DNA from: Phoronis australis
Taxonomy: Eukaryota > Animalia > Phoronida
Assembly: GCA_002633005.1 (NCBI GenBank)
Contig: NMRA01000037.1
Coordinates: 1,231,634 to 1,295,633 of the forward strand
DNA length: 64,000 nt
Direction of reading: 5' to 3'
Shown here: one piece after another, positions 51,076-64,000 of the stretch
Layout of the letters: each line of letters opens with the position of its first letter
Numbering within the stretch: the stretch's first letter is position 1
Program-made: the position numbers and the translations under genes
The notes under the pieces: generated by a model
What the model was told of the DNA's origin: nothing
The model's database searches: none
What the model saw: the letters and a program-made list of their open reading frames with translations, nothing else

Positions 51076-51569
51076 TCAGTATCCTGCAAATTTTCCATCT
51101 GTACAGGTATTACCGGAGTATTTTACTGACACTTCATTGTGCTTCGTTGACTCAACACAACGAGGAAAACAACTGCATGGGGCGCAGCCAAAAACGCCAG
51201 CGTAAAGCGAGTTCGGCAAATTCAGTATAGTGCACGCCTGTTCCCGCCTCTATTGACAAATAATTTAGACTACGTGTAGACTAGAATCAGAATAAAATAA
51301 AGTTTACTCACATATTAGCACATTTTTGCGAGAGTTTTTCAAATTTCTCAAGACTCGAAGCTGCTGATAGATGATGAGGAATAGCGTTCCGTGAAGCCAT
51401 AACTTCTTGTATTGGTAATTACGAGAGAGTCGAGAACCGGCATAATATTAAGTTGTCGTGATGGACGATCCCGGTAGGCGGTCAACTGTGGACTGTCAGA
51501 AAACCAGAAGTCTTTCCCTTTGCCGGATTGATCTGACAGCGTTAAGATAAGAGTTGCGTTTGATTCCAT
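51076..51569 (-). CDS. Candidate small gene divergent from ACSS3 (~106 aa)
   Basis: Minus-strand ATG at 51569, exon to 51423 (donor |gtaatt), acceptor caatag| at 51249, TGA at 51076; phase-0 join. A possible further 85-nt intron lies at 51657-51741. No homology recognised. Confidence 0.25.
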
Positions 51570-52098
51570 CTTTTTGTGGACGGCGTAACAGCTGAGCCGA
51601 CATTTGAATTCCTCATAACTTGAAAAATGAGTGTGAGTTTTTTTCCTCACAAAAGTCTGCAAAGTTTTTTGGGAGATAGTTGATTTGATTGTCTATTCAA
51701 TTGTCTCACTAACTGATCAGACTTAATAATAAGAATTTTACCCACACAAAAGCCAATAATTAGTGATGATAGCGAGTCGTTGGAACCGTGTAAAAATGGG
51801 TCATTTCCCAGACTACATTGTACATGTGTTTGTAAACTAACAGAAATATCAAAGTTTGGACCTGTTTCGAGATAATCATCGTGTACTATCAACGTGTTTC
51901 GCATAAACGAGCGTGTGCCCAAATGAACTGAGGTTCACTTACAAGGCGCAGGTGGGTAGCAATATTTATGTAGTTACTATTAGTCGCCGATAGGGGTATA
52001 CATTGACCTACATTCGGGGTTCCAGGGCAGTCCACGGAAAACAAGTGGATCACGCGTGAATCTGTCTGGACGTCAACTTTTGACGCATTTCAGCATCG

Positions 52099-55000
52099 AT
52101 GGCATACAGGTGCAAGTCGTTGAGTTCTTTGCCTGTCTGGAAGCTTCCTAAGGCATCGCAGCTTGTTTCGAGCAACAATCAGTTTGTCGCTGCTGGATCG
52201 TGTCGATCTGCGAAAACTTACTTGACTTACTTTCACAAGTTTTCTTCGCTTGCACCTGGTCGCGTATTGGCAACTCGGGATGAGCAATGTCGCATTCATC
52301 ATTCGTCGACCGCCCTTATCTCACCTGTTCGCTGCAACAGCTCGTACGGCAAGTATACGTATGATGAAGCGTTCCAGTTAGCGAGAGACAAGCCTGACGA
52401 GTTTTGGGCCGAGGCTGCAGATGGTGTGCACTGGTTCAAGAAATGGAGTCAGGTGTTGGATAATGCAAATCCACCATTCACGAGATGGTAAGGTAACGTG
52501 TTAATATAACTCTCTGTAGCTGAGGAATTAGTTGTGCAAGATCTTTGGAAAGTTAAGACTACAGTGCAGTCAGTGCCAACTTTTTGATGCATTTTAGACT
52601 GTGGTCATTTCACCAGAGGGCCATGGTATGAACTGTCCTCTCAGAATAGTGTGCCAATTAAGTTCTGCCGCCAATTCATTTGCTTTACTCCATAGCCTAT
52701 TATGTGATTCAGCTAATTGCTAGCTCTGCTGTTTATCCTAAAAGAGGCACTGGATTGCCGAGATACATGCCCGACCACAGACTCTTCTTGCTGCTGCTTT
52801 GAACTGCAAGCAGGTCATAGCGTTGGCGACAGAGCATATGGGTCGACTTTAAAACACACTAGTTGGTTTTAGTTCATTATTCAAAATTTTTAGTTGAAAG
52901 TGTCACAATAAATATTTTTTGGACCGACACATCACACCTCACTGCTTATCAGTGCTTGGTAAGCAGTGTTATGCAACAGCTTATGCACACACAGGTCTCG
53001 GTTGTCACAACATCATGGGCAGTGCAAAGTGCATTGAAGTGTTAAAAATAAAAAATCCTATTTTGTAAATTCACTGCTATTAAATTAATTCAATCCAATT
53101 GAAAATAAAATCGACCCTGTTTTGTAAATCATTGCTATTTGATAAATTCAATCCAATTAATATAAAAATCAGTCATGATTTTGAAAATTCAATCGAATCC
53201 AATGAATTTATTTTAGTTTAAAAATCCAATGCTATTTTATAAATTCAACCCTATTTCAGGAATTCAGTTCAACCCTGTTTTATGAATTCAATCCTATTTT
53301 CTGAATTCAATTTTATATGTCAATTCTGTTTAGAAAATTCAGTGCAGCTTGATAAAATCAATACTAGGATTGCTTTGCAGATTCAGTCAACAATCATATC
53401 GAGCCTGTTATGGGTATAGATTAACGAAATCAATCCGGTTTTGATAATTTAATTTTATTGGCGATTAATAGAACTAGTTTTGTTACCAAAATTCAATATC
53501 TTGTTTGTGGAGAACAAAACTGTCATGTGACCGTGGCCGACCTAGTCCGGTGTTAATTACCAGTCACTGACTCACAAAGTGTTTGTCAGTTGCCAATGGT
53601 AACGCTGTGGCTATCGGCTATGTGTCCTTTACTTTTTGTTTAGGCTTATGCTTGACGCATAAAGACGAACGCTTGATCAGTAGAATTCAGAAAAATACAT
53701 TTAAGCCAACATGAATTGGATGGAAAATCACATCATCTGTAATACATATTTAATTTATATAAATAATTTTCACATTAAAAATCATAACATTGATACACAA
53801 AAAGCTAAGCTTGATTGAAAGTGAAATTGGTTCCGTAAAAATGTTGAGTGTGTATTGTTTGTTTAGACTTTCCCTATGCGCAGATATAAGTTAAGTGATG
53901 GACAAGAAGTTCTATTTTATTGAATTTATTTCTAATAGGTGCTACAAATACAGAACTTCGAGTAAGAACACGTGTCTTTCTACTGATTGAACTTGATGTT
54001 GTTATTATATGGTGCCATTTTGTCATGTGAAAGTATTGGTTTAGTAAAGCCATAAGGGCACAATTGGTCTAAACAGTTTTGAGTGAAGTATTACCAGTAT
54101 AACTTTGTGATTTAAGTTGCGTCATAAAGCGTTCGAAACTGTTTCAGAAAATAGGCACTCTCTTGCCAAAAATACGCCCGAGCATTTAGTCGTTATTATT
54201 TTGTCAGTTTGAATGTCCACCCATGAGCCTATTTTTGGAAATTCCAAGCTTTTGTTACTTGAAATTGATTTTACTCTGCTTTACAATTTTGTGTAGAAAT
54301 GGTGTTTACAGATGAATGTGAAAGTTTTGAACTTTGACTAAAGTTACTTTGTGACCTCGTCATTGTTCAGCATATCATTTTATTTTGGCTTATTCGCATA
54401 ATTAAGTCCAAATTTACGTTTCTGACAAGGGATAGATTTTTAAGTTAAAACTTATTAATGTTGTAAAAACTATTCTCAGGTGGAAGCACAATTCGTTCTT
54501 AAAATCTTTATTTGGTATTCAAGTGCTGTCCACTCACAGACTCACCCTAGAAAAAGTTACACCTGGAATGTGTTGTCGCTAGGTTCGAGTGCTGTCTGGA
54601 CGCTATTTAAACTAGTGAAACTTACACGACTTGTGACAACTTGCTCCTCATAATCGGGGTGGGGTGACTTGTTCTAGGGTAACTTGCGCCACTTGTAATT
54701 GCTGTGTGGCCGCAAAAGTGGGGTAGGGCAGAAGTTATTATCAACTGCGGTTACACACAGACGAGCTTTCTTCTGCGTGCCATACTCGCATTAGGTGTTG
54801 ATTGTCACGCACAGAGCGACAACTTTTGCCTTACTCTCTATATTGGATGTGCGTGTGTGGACACTCCACTTTAAAGTGTGGTAAGTTGCACAGGTCTAGT
54901 GCAAGTTGTTCTAGGGTAGGCTGTGTGTGGACGGGACTTAAGCTGTATGCAGTCACCGAGATAGGAACCACTTGTTGGTTCTTATTCAACAACTTTATTT

Positions 55001-58000
55001 TTAAATAATTTTGTTGAATGAAAGTTAAAATTACTGTCTTACAAAACTTAACTCAATTGATAAGTTCTCATACATTTTAAATGTTGATTATTCTCATTTA
55101 AATCAGCATGACTAGTTTCTGACACTGAAAGGGAAAAGTAGAGCACGAAGTCAAAACAATCTACCTCCGAGATACTAGTGTCTGTCAGTTCACATTGGTT
55201 TATAACCTTGGAAGTCAACCTGACTATTCATTTGAAAATTAGTTCCAGGTCACCTCTAATTGGACAATTTTCCACATGGTTGATTCACAAAGGGAGTACC
55301 AGCTCTTGAAGGGTGGACCAAGGGGTCTCCAGCTAATTTTCTAGCTCTGATGTCATGTTTACCTCTTGTTCCATGTGACAACAACATTACAAGGGACAGA
55401 CCATCCATACACCCCTATTGTGAACTGATAACAATGATTTTTATGCTTCATCTAGAAGTATCAACATCTTAAGTGTTGTCCATGCAAACTTACCCTAAAA
55501 GAGGTTATTCATAGAAATGGTTGTGACTAGGTTTGGGGCCTGTTTGGTGTGGAAAGCCAAAGCGGAAAAAATTCCAGGACATAAATTTTCTATTCAAGAA
55601 TTAAATTCTCTGCAGGACCAAAAATATAATTATCCAAAAGCAAAATTTATCGTGTCAGAACCTATAATTTATCATCTCCAAACCGAAACTGAACACGTAG
55701 GAACCGAAAATTTATCACTCTAGGGGGCGAAATTTGAGTTTTTTGTTGCTCTCTATAGCTCTTCTTTCCAAGCCCATGTTGCCTATTTCACAGATTTCGA
55801 TTTTAATCCCCAGTGTACTCAGTACTCATCCATTTCAGGTTTGTTGGTGGTGAAATGAATACCTGCTTCAACTGTGTGGATCGACATGTGGAGGCAGGCA
55901 ATGGTGATGTGGCTGCAATCGTCTATGACAGCCCTGTAACTAATACTCAGCAGAGAATCTCCTACAAGCAACTATTATCTGATGTATGTGCAAGGTTGGG
56001 GGAAACCTTATTCCTACATAGGTGGCGCTGTGTGGTGTACATTGACTGATGAGGGTCAAACCTGGGTTTGGAATTTTCCTCTTTTAACAGATAATTTTTT
56101 CTTTTTTGGTTTCGATTCCCTCGTATTTGATTTTCATTTTCCGCTTTTTTGTCTTAATTTATTTTTACTTTATTCATGCAAAAATGTTCATTTCAGTTAA
56201 ATTGTACTGCACAAAAAATATTCATATCACACAAGCCTATTTATTGGTGGAAAAATATATCTCCTGGAAAAATTTCCTCTTTTTACGTCATTGGCCATTC
56301 CAAAGGAGACATGCTGCAGTCAGTTTTGCATAATCAAGCAGCTCATTATCTCCCATGAGCAGCCTCCCGTTCAGTAACGCTAGGACCTCGCTAAAAAGCA
56401 AGACTTCAAGAGATTACGTGAGATATTGCCGTGCATCTTAAATGAGAACACGTGACTTTGACTAGGTTTTAGCTAGGTCCTCGCGTAGGTCCTAGCGTCT
56501 ACTGAATGCACGCCAGCTCATTATCTCCCATGGTCAATTACGTAGTAGCCATCTCGTGTTAGTTTGCTGTATGATAATTGTTCAGCAGAGGTCTTGAAAA
56601 AATACCACATACATACTTAGCGACTTTATAGTGTTTTTCTTGAGTATAAGTAGGTAGCCGCTCTTGTTATGTTAGGTATTTCTTGTTTTTGGCATTGTTC
56701 TTAATTGTGCAATGAAAAACTTGCATCTTTTGTCAAAATCCAGAGAATTTGGTAAGGGGCATTTCTTTTACAAATCGGTCTCACTTTGTTCTTTACTCAG
56801 ATTACCCATGAGGCTTGAGAAGAGCTGTCAGTTTTCTATTGTCTAGGACTGGGTTCATCATAAGTTTCTTGCCATGATGGTGAAGTTTCAGTCAACGAAG
56901 CATTGTGGGTATCGGGACTTCGACGTGTTTTATTGTAACCAATTTCAGTTCCAGCAGAGGTTAAGAATGCAACGACATTCCCGTGAAAGAAGTAATGTTG
57001 TATTTGATACATGGTTTACAGCGGCTTTAAATTACCATTTTTATACAATAGCAGCTTTAAATTACCATTTTTACTCTACAATGGCAGAAAACATGAAATG
57101 GCACAGTACATCATCTTTGTTGATTGAGTTTTGTGTTTTAACGTTTTCAATGACTACTCAGAACATTTCAACATATGATTGCAGTTATGTTTACCATAAA
57201 AAGGAAAGCTTCTCCACAAATCTTTACTCAGATCAGAAGCATTTTAGGATCAGTGTCAAATTTTTTCCCAGGCGAATGACTTGGCTATAATACAGATGGG
57301 ATAAGTCTTGGCTGGGAAAAATTGATGATCTGGGCTGGGTTGCATGAAACTTAAAAAATTTTTCACTGGATAAATTTGATTGTTGCATAACATCAGGTGA
57401 ATTGTTCAGTAATAACAGCGTGGCGTGTGATAAAGCAACGTCATTGTTGGTATAACTTTTATGCAACTGGGCCCAGACATTTACTGTTCGTAATTGAATG
57501 CAGCACAACACGATGTTCGAGACGGATGTTGCATGTTTCAATGTGGCTCTTTTCGTCTCTGAAGAGAGCTTGGCTATTGGTTTGCATTGGATACCTTACA
57601 AAATCTCATGTCTCTTGTCTCTGTTGCAGGTGTCGAAGTTTGCTGGTGTACTGAGCAACTGTGGTGTGCAGAAAGGTGACAGGGTGTTGATCTACATGCC
57701 AATGATTCCGCAAGCTATTGTTGCCACTCTGGCTTGTGCTCGTATTGGAGCCATCCACTCTATTGTGTTTGGTGGGTTTGCTGCTAAAGAGTTATCAACC
57801 AGAATTGCCCATGCAGAGGTGAGCGCAGCAACCGTCTTTTTTCAGCCAATTCTTGTTGTTTTACCTGCTAATGCAATCATTGTAGTTTCGCTTGAATGAT
57901 GAAATCAAGATTTGTCTAAAAGCTCACGCTCTCTGTGAATTAGACATTGTCTCTCTTGGTTGTTGGTCTTACAGTGCCGTGTATTTGGCCTTAAGGGTCT

Positions 58001-61000
58001 CACTTGCCCATCTAGCAGACAGGAGTTTTCAAATTTTACGGGTTGTCGAGGTTTATAGAGCATTATATTGTTTTAGAAAGCTGGATGAAAAAATCGTTCT
58101 TGATATCTGTTAACATGCCAAAACTGGGTTTGGTATCTTTTTAACTGACGTTACAGTTCACGAGATCAATGGCATAATCTGGACATTTGCGTGGTGGCAA
58201 GGGGTGGGTAGCTGATCTGCGATGTGTGCCACATGTCGGCCATCCGGTATCATCCTCTGGATGTCGGAACATTACATATAATATATTATATTCAAATATG
58301 TTTATCTATTGTTCAGATTTTATCTGTTCGTTGCATATGACAAGTGGTGTTTAATGCAATGTGTATGTCACATCTTGAGTCCCGCAACCAACACTACTGA
58401 GGTGTCTGACTCATCCCAAGGGTACATCAAATTTCAACAACAGTACTTGTTCTGGTAATAAATTAGAGGAAAAAATTTTCTAGATTGGCAAACGTCTTCT
58501 TTATTGCTGTATCGAGAAACTGATGCAAAGTACCAGCAATTGCTGTGTGATTACCGACAGTGCATTTCATTAATTGGCAGCAAATTGGCACCGTCTTTAC
58601 TGTCTTTACTTTATAAATGTAAAATGGAAAGAAAAAACATTCGCACACGGCGATGTTTCAACAAACAATGAACACTTTTATCTAAAAACTATGCTCCTCA
58701 CCTGAATTGCAATAACCTGCTCCAGTGTTTGATTTTTGCTGCCCGGACACGGCAACCAGTGAAGTTTCCCTGGCAGTTGCCTGACGTGTCGCTTCGCCAG
58801 GAGACTAATCATGTCCTAAATGACTAATTTTCAATTATTAGAAAAAAGGTATTTTAAGTAACTGTGTCTTGGATTAAAAACCAGTTAGTGCCAATGAATA
58901 TAGGAGGCTCCCTGCGATGATGGGCGTTTCTTTTGAACTTGTTGATGGAATAATCATTTAATTTGCAAACTTAAGGTGTTTTTTGTTGAAACAAAGTATA
59001 TGTCTGAATTTAATAATTATAAAAATATTTCTTTAAATTTCAGCCAAAAGTGGTGGTCAGCGCCAATTGTGGTATTGAAGTGAACCGTAGTGTACCATAT
59101 AAGCCGATGTTGGACAAAGCGATTGAGCTATCCAATCACAAGCCTCAAAAATGCATCATATTTAATCGTCCTAAGGTAACACTTCATCTATGTTGGTGAT
59201 CGCGTGTTAGGTATGAATTTTTTGCCATGGTAATACGAGTTCATCTTTGGATACTGGATATCCGACGTTTTGGCAGTATGCTTTCGAAGTATGATCAACA
59301 ATTTGAATGCAAGTCTTGGGTGATTAAAGACTGAATTTCACATTGTTGATCTTATGCCATTTCACAACTACAAAATGTGACCAGGCTTCATTTTAAATTT
59401 AAATGGATTATTTTGAAATTATTGTAAGTGCCTTCAGGCATTGACATTATGCCACGCTATGCATCAGCTGTGTAAGATTAAGACACACATGTTTGCATTG
59501 AACTGACCCTCACTGATACCTGTAGGATTTCCCATGTTCAAATTTATGTTTAGTTTCACTACACAAGCGCCTTGAGGAAGAGCATTGCCCAGAATGTGTT
59601 GTAATTTTTACACACCTTTAACTTTTAGGGTGTTATATAATGGTCATCTAGCTTTATCGCAGCTTTCATTATGGAAAATTAAAAGACTTTCAGGTACCAT
59701 CATTTTAATTACAGGTTGATGAATGCCGTCAAGAACATTTTGCCTTTTGATTGCAGAAAATCATTTGACCATTGTATATTTGTGAAACATTAAGTTCATG
59801 CTTATGGATTTTTCTGACTGAATTGCTTATCTCAATAAAATTGTATTAAATTTATCATCAAAGCACACACTATTTATTTCTTTGTCGTTGTCGTTGTCTT
59901 ACTTTGTTTAGGAACACTTAAACACTTTGCTACTGAGGATTTCCGAAAAAGACTCCCCTGGTGGTAATTTTTTCAAAAAGACTGCATCCATTAGAAGCCT
60001 CCTCGTTGATCTTTTAGACAAAACGTGGCGGGGCTTTTTTGTTGACTTGACATCACCTCTTTCAGCCATAAGCTTTTACATGCAGTAGAATGTATAAAGA
60101 GGAAGGATTTGTGTTTGAAAAGCTTATGCCAGACTTTGTGTGCTTTTAGTTGGATCCAGCAGAGTTGAATCCGAGTGTTGATTTGTGCTATGAAGAACAG
60201 ATGGCAGCAGCCTCCCCCGTGGACTGTGTCCCAGTATCTGCCACAGACCCTGTTTACCTGCTCTATACCTCGGGGACAACTGGCCTACCAAAGGTACATC
60301 ATAACAAGACTGTCTTACCAGTTCACATTGTACCAACTCACAGAAAATCATGGCCTAGAGTCTTGTGTTTGTGCTTGAATAGACCAATTGCAGTGCATGC
60401 GTAGCTAAACTAATTGCAAGTTTGTACTCGAATTACACGTTAAGTTGGTGAAGTTTTGAGTCTGAGTCTGAATTTGGAGATTGAACCATTTGTCCCAAAA
60501 TAATGTCTGAAAAGCCCATGGAAAGTTTCATAGGTTATAGGAACATTTTACCTCTGTTAAACTGTGAATAACTGAAGGGCTGTGCTGTTTAAAAACATTG
60601 CCAGGCTTATCTGGTCTTTAATTGTTGCTGATTCAACTGGCAATTCAAGTTACACGCAATGTGTAAATGTATCATTTTCAAATTACCAGTTTAGTGTTGT
60701 CCGACCACAATCAACTCTGAAGTGTTTTCTTGATTTGCAGAGTGTTTCACACATGGAATACTGTAATGGTGAGGAAGATCGCGAGATACATTTTGTGACT
60801 CGGAGTAAAACGCTTTAAAATCCACTCTGCCACTCATTCTTTAAGTTTATGCATTCAGTTTTATTTGATGACAAATCGGGCTTTCGTTTTTGGCACAACA
60901 TTTGAAAATGAGAGCATTGTACTCTGGAAAACTCGTGGAAACTCGGTGGAAAAAGAAAACTTTTAATACGTGGAATGACATCATACAGGAGTTTTGTGGC

Positions 61001-63458
61001 AGGTTAAGTCTCTGGGCGTATGTTTGGAAAATGGCACTTTTTATCTCAGTCTTCAAGTGTCTGAAATGTCAGATGAAGTTTCAAAAATCGGTTCATTAAC
61101 AGAAAGTCAAAATGTTTTGCTTTCAGAATAGTTGTAAACTAGCTAAAGGAATTTACTTTTTACTTCTCTATTCATATTTTATGGTTTCCATCAGTTTTTA
61201 CGTCCCAAAAAGAAAATGAAAGAGTAGAGCCTGGATGCTTCCAAGCCTTCTACTTAGCGGGGCTTGGAATTTTCCTCTTTTATGAGGACATTTCTTTGTT
61301 GATTTTTATTTCCTTTTAATGTTTAATTTCCAGTTTCCTCCTTTTTGTCTCTTTACATCATTATTTTGACTTCATTCATGCAAAAACATTTATTTCACTT
61401 AAATTTTACCACTCAAAAATATTTTTATCTCACAAACCTATTCTTGGAACGATATATCCCATGGAAATTTTTCCTCTTTTTTGTCATTGGTCATTATGGT
61501 AATTTTTCCTCTTTTTGTGATTACCCTCACTATGTGACCTGGTGAATAGAGTCACTCTATTGATGACTAGCCCCCTAGTGGGAGTTGAATAGGGATAGAA
61601 CCCATCCCACTGACCACCTGACATTGGAGAACTTCAAAAGATTTCTCCAACTTGATCCTTATCTTGTTTAACGGGAATGTTTACAACATGCTGTGTATTG
61701 TATGCTGGACTTGGTTGTACCCATTTGTTTTTCTTATTTTGGATTTGATCCAATTCCATTTCTAGGAATCTTGTCAGTGGCTAGTTCTATATTAGCCTAT
61801 AGAGTGCACCACATTGTGAGAATTATGAACATAATGACAGTGTAAAATCCTCTCGATTTGCATCTTATTTGTAGAGATTGCTTTACCATCCATCCACAAT
61901 TACTGAAAAGTGATTTTCATCAAGCTTGCTTTATGTCTGTACTGTATTTAAACCGACTTGAACCATATTCTCTACTTCTCCGCAGGCTGTCGTCCGACCC
62001 AGTGGTGGGCATGCTGTTGTTCTCAATTGGTCCATGTACAACATCTATGGTGTAAAGCCAAAAGAGGCAAGTACTTGTGGACGATAACTGGCCATGCCTT
62101 TTTATATATATTTCTGTGCGCCTTCATCCAGACGTCTTGGACGTCTGTGTCTCTTAACCTATTGCAGGATTTGCGTTCATGATGCGCGTTTTTTGCCGAC
62201 TGACATGTTGTACACCATGTCCTCAAACATTCAGTATTGTGGGGTTCATTTGCAGCATGACTGCTGCAGTGCCACCTACAGGTAATTTTGGTTTTCCCCG
62301 TGCCAATCTCAGTATCTAGCTGGAATGAATATTTGTAATGATTATCACTACTTGTCATTTACTCCTCCATTTTGAGTTAAGTAGTTTTGCTCACTCTAGC
62401 ACGTGATAATGCTTGAAAAATGAGCACCCTGTATATCTTTGCCGTTGTCGATGCATACAGTGGGCACATGTCAGTGCCTTGCTCCTGTTTATCAAGAACT
62501 AACTTTTTATACCCTTACTACTGAACAGGGATTTACAGTAAATATTTATAATAGTTCCCGGCTATAGCCCATATCAAGTTAAGTGAATTTTTGTTGAAGT
62601 TGTCGAGGATTTTCCTTGTCCATTTTCACATTTTTGTAGTGTGTCCAGTGTATGAACTCATGATCTCAAAAACAATTTGTCACCATTTCTGACCTCATGC
62701 CTTTGTCACTACACATCGAGTGGTGTTGTTTGCTCAATACTTGTAGTGTACACCAGAGATGTTGAAAATCTATTGTACGATAATGCCGTGTGTTTTTTAT
62801 TTTCGCAGGTTTGGTGGGCTGCCTCTGATCTGGGCTGGGTTGTGGGTCACTCTTACATAATCTATGCACCGTTGCTGCATGGAAACACCACAGTTCTGTA
62901 TGAGGTCTGTTTGACTTGACTACTATGACTCTCAATGTGATTTGGTTCTTTAATGTTGCTAACGTTAACTGATTTGAATCCACTTTGCAACTTTGGTTTC
63001 ATTGATCTAATTACCGCTGCCTGGAACTTTAAAAGAATCGATGTGTGACAAGGCTTCAACAGAGTTATATATGCAATAGGGCTTGACTAATGAAGTTTTT
63101 GTCAAATGCTTCCACAAAAATAAAGATTAAGAACATTTTAATCCATAGCTAGTGTGGTTTGTATTCTGCAGATGTCATAAAACAACTTTTGGTAAATGTT
63201 CCATTGCTTGCAATAAAATAATGTGCATTTAAAAATGGAAAAATGGAAAATGACAATTTTGGTAATTTGTGCCAAATAGGTGGAGAATCGCCCTACTTTA
63301 CATTGATCTGCGTATTTTTGATTAACGCAACACTCACGTCACTCTAGGGTAAACCTGTTGGAACACCTGACCCTGGAGCCTTCTTCAGAGTGCTTGCTGA
63401 CCACAATGTGGCCTCGATGTTCACGGCACCCACAGCTCTAAGGGCCATTAGACGCGAG
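52099..63458 (+). CDS. ACSS3: Acyl-CoA synthetase short-chain family member 3 (propionate/acetate-CoA ligase), mitochondrial-type; 5' part, continues beyond window
   Basis: Exons 52099-52487, 55839-55983, 57630-57818, 59044-59175, 60150-60293, 61986-62066, 62809-62904, 63348-63458 splice in frame. Motifs: [58 protein letters not shown]-binding [49 protein letters not shown]. The N-terminus is Arg/Ser-rich and acid-poor, like a mitochondrial presequence. Confidence 0.92.
53050..53500 (+). repeat. Degenerate AT-rich minisatellite (aaattcaatcc / ctattttgtaaattca units)
   Basis: Recurrent aattcaa-centred units across ~450 bp. Confidence 0.6.
54521..54940. mobile_element. Harbinger-like MITE
   Basis: ~40-bp imperfect TIRs aagtgctgtccactcacagactcaccctagaaaaag / gttgttctagggtaggctgtgtgtggacgggactt. 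Confidence 0.7.
56064..56303 (-). mobile_element. MITE family C copy
   Basis: gggtttggaattttcctcttt ... cattggccattccaaag; homologous to the 45651 and 61258 copies. Confidence 0.65.
56358..56513. mobile_element. Small TIR element flanked by a 19-bp direct repeat
   Basis: Inverted repeats gttcagtaacgctaggacct / aggtcctagcgtctactgaat; cagctcattatctcccatg at 56339-56357 and 56514-56532. Confidence 0.65.
57332..57474. mobile_element. Short Harbinger-type MITE
   Basis: gggctgggttgcatgaaa / ttttatgcaactgggccc in a CTG...CAG context. Confidence 0.55.
61258..61497 (-). mobile_element. MITE family C copy
   Basis: ggggcttggaattttcctcttt ... tttttgtcattggtcatt. Confidence 0.65.
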
Positions 63459-64000
63459 GTATCGTAGCACTGTAGCTAGCTATCCTTGTCGAGTAATAAG
63501 CATGGTCTTGAAAACAATTTGGTGTCTCCTGTTGAAGAGGACGTTTGGTTCAAAATGTCTGACCTATTAGCGCTCAACACAAATCAGGTAAAAATGTCCA
63601 CTCGAAAATAGGAGTGACGGTATTTGCCATTCTTATTCCTGGCTTTCTTCTCGTAAAAAAGTGATAAAAAGTGAGACAAGTATGGACATCTGCTTGGCAC
63701 CTGTACGAGTGATACGAGTGAGGTCAATTTTCTCCTCGTATTTTACCCTTTCCACTCCTGGTCTCGAGCTGTTACTGGCTATGTTTAGCCCTGCCCATGT
63801 CGTGAACACATCCACTAAAACAAGAAACTGTAGGAACACCGCATTTATCCACCTTCACTCTTATCAGGCTTCTATTGTGAGTCAGCATGCGTGAATAATT
63901 GGCTGATAAGCCACCTCTGGAACTACTTTTGGCTGAATGGATGACCAGGCCATAAAATGATAATATTAGCCAAGACCAGTTACTAATGCAACAAAGAATA

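Noticed and set aside
1-64000. CRISPR arrays, rRNA or prokaryotic operon/defence systems
   Set aside because: The sequence is spliceosomal-intron-containing animal DNA; no regularly spaced repeat-spacer array or rRNA-like segment was seen.

Overview
Eukaryotic, intron-rich, AT-rich genomic DNA that looks like an invertebrate animal (species not determinable from the sequence), with one assembly gap (7068-7179). Two + strand multi-exon genes dominate. (1) An SLC9C1/sNHE-type voltage- and cAMP-gated Na+/H+ exchanger runs from ~1291 to ~37365. I traced 25 GT-AG exons in frame by hand, plus 2 tentative 3' exons, and the NHE, voltage-sensor and cyclic-nucleotide-binding motifs are all intact. (2) The 5' eight exons of a mitochondrial-type acyl-CoA synthetase ACSS3 start at 52099 and continue past the window end; one intron is GC-AG. 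The most interesting signal is a pair of large, stop-free, phase-0 exons (15283-15900, 16913-17863) inside SLC9C1 intron 12. They end in a second copy of the helix that closes canonical exon 12, suggesting a mutually exclusive splice switch that replaces the 47-aa CPxC linker with a ~520-aa charged disordered region. Two small orphan gene candidates lie between the main genes. Introns carry many transposon relics: Harbinger with a nested MITE, Kolobok, HERO, CR1, Penelope, CxC/KDZ-type, a tRNA-SINE and several MITE families. All family assignments are by motif recognition, without database searches.
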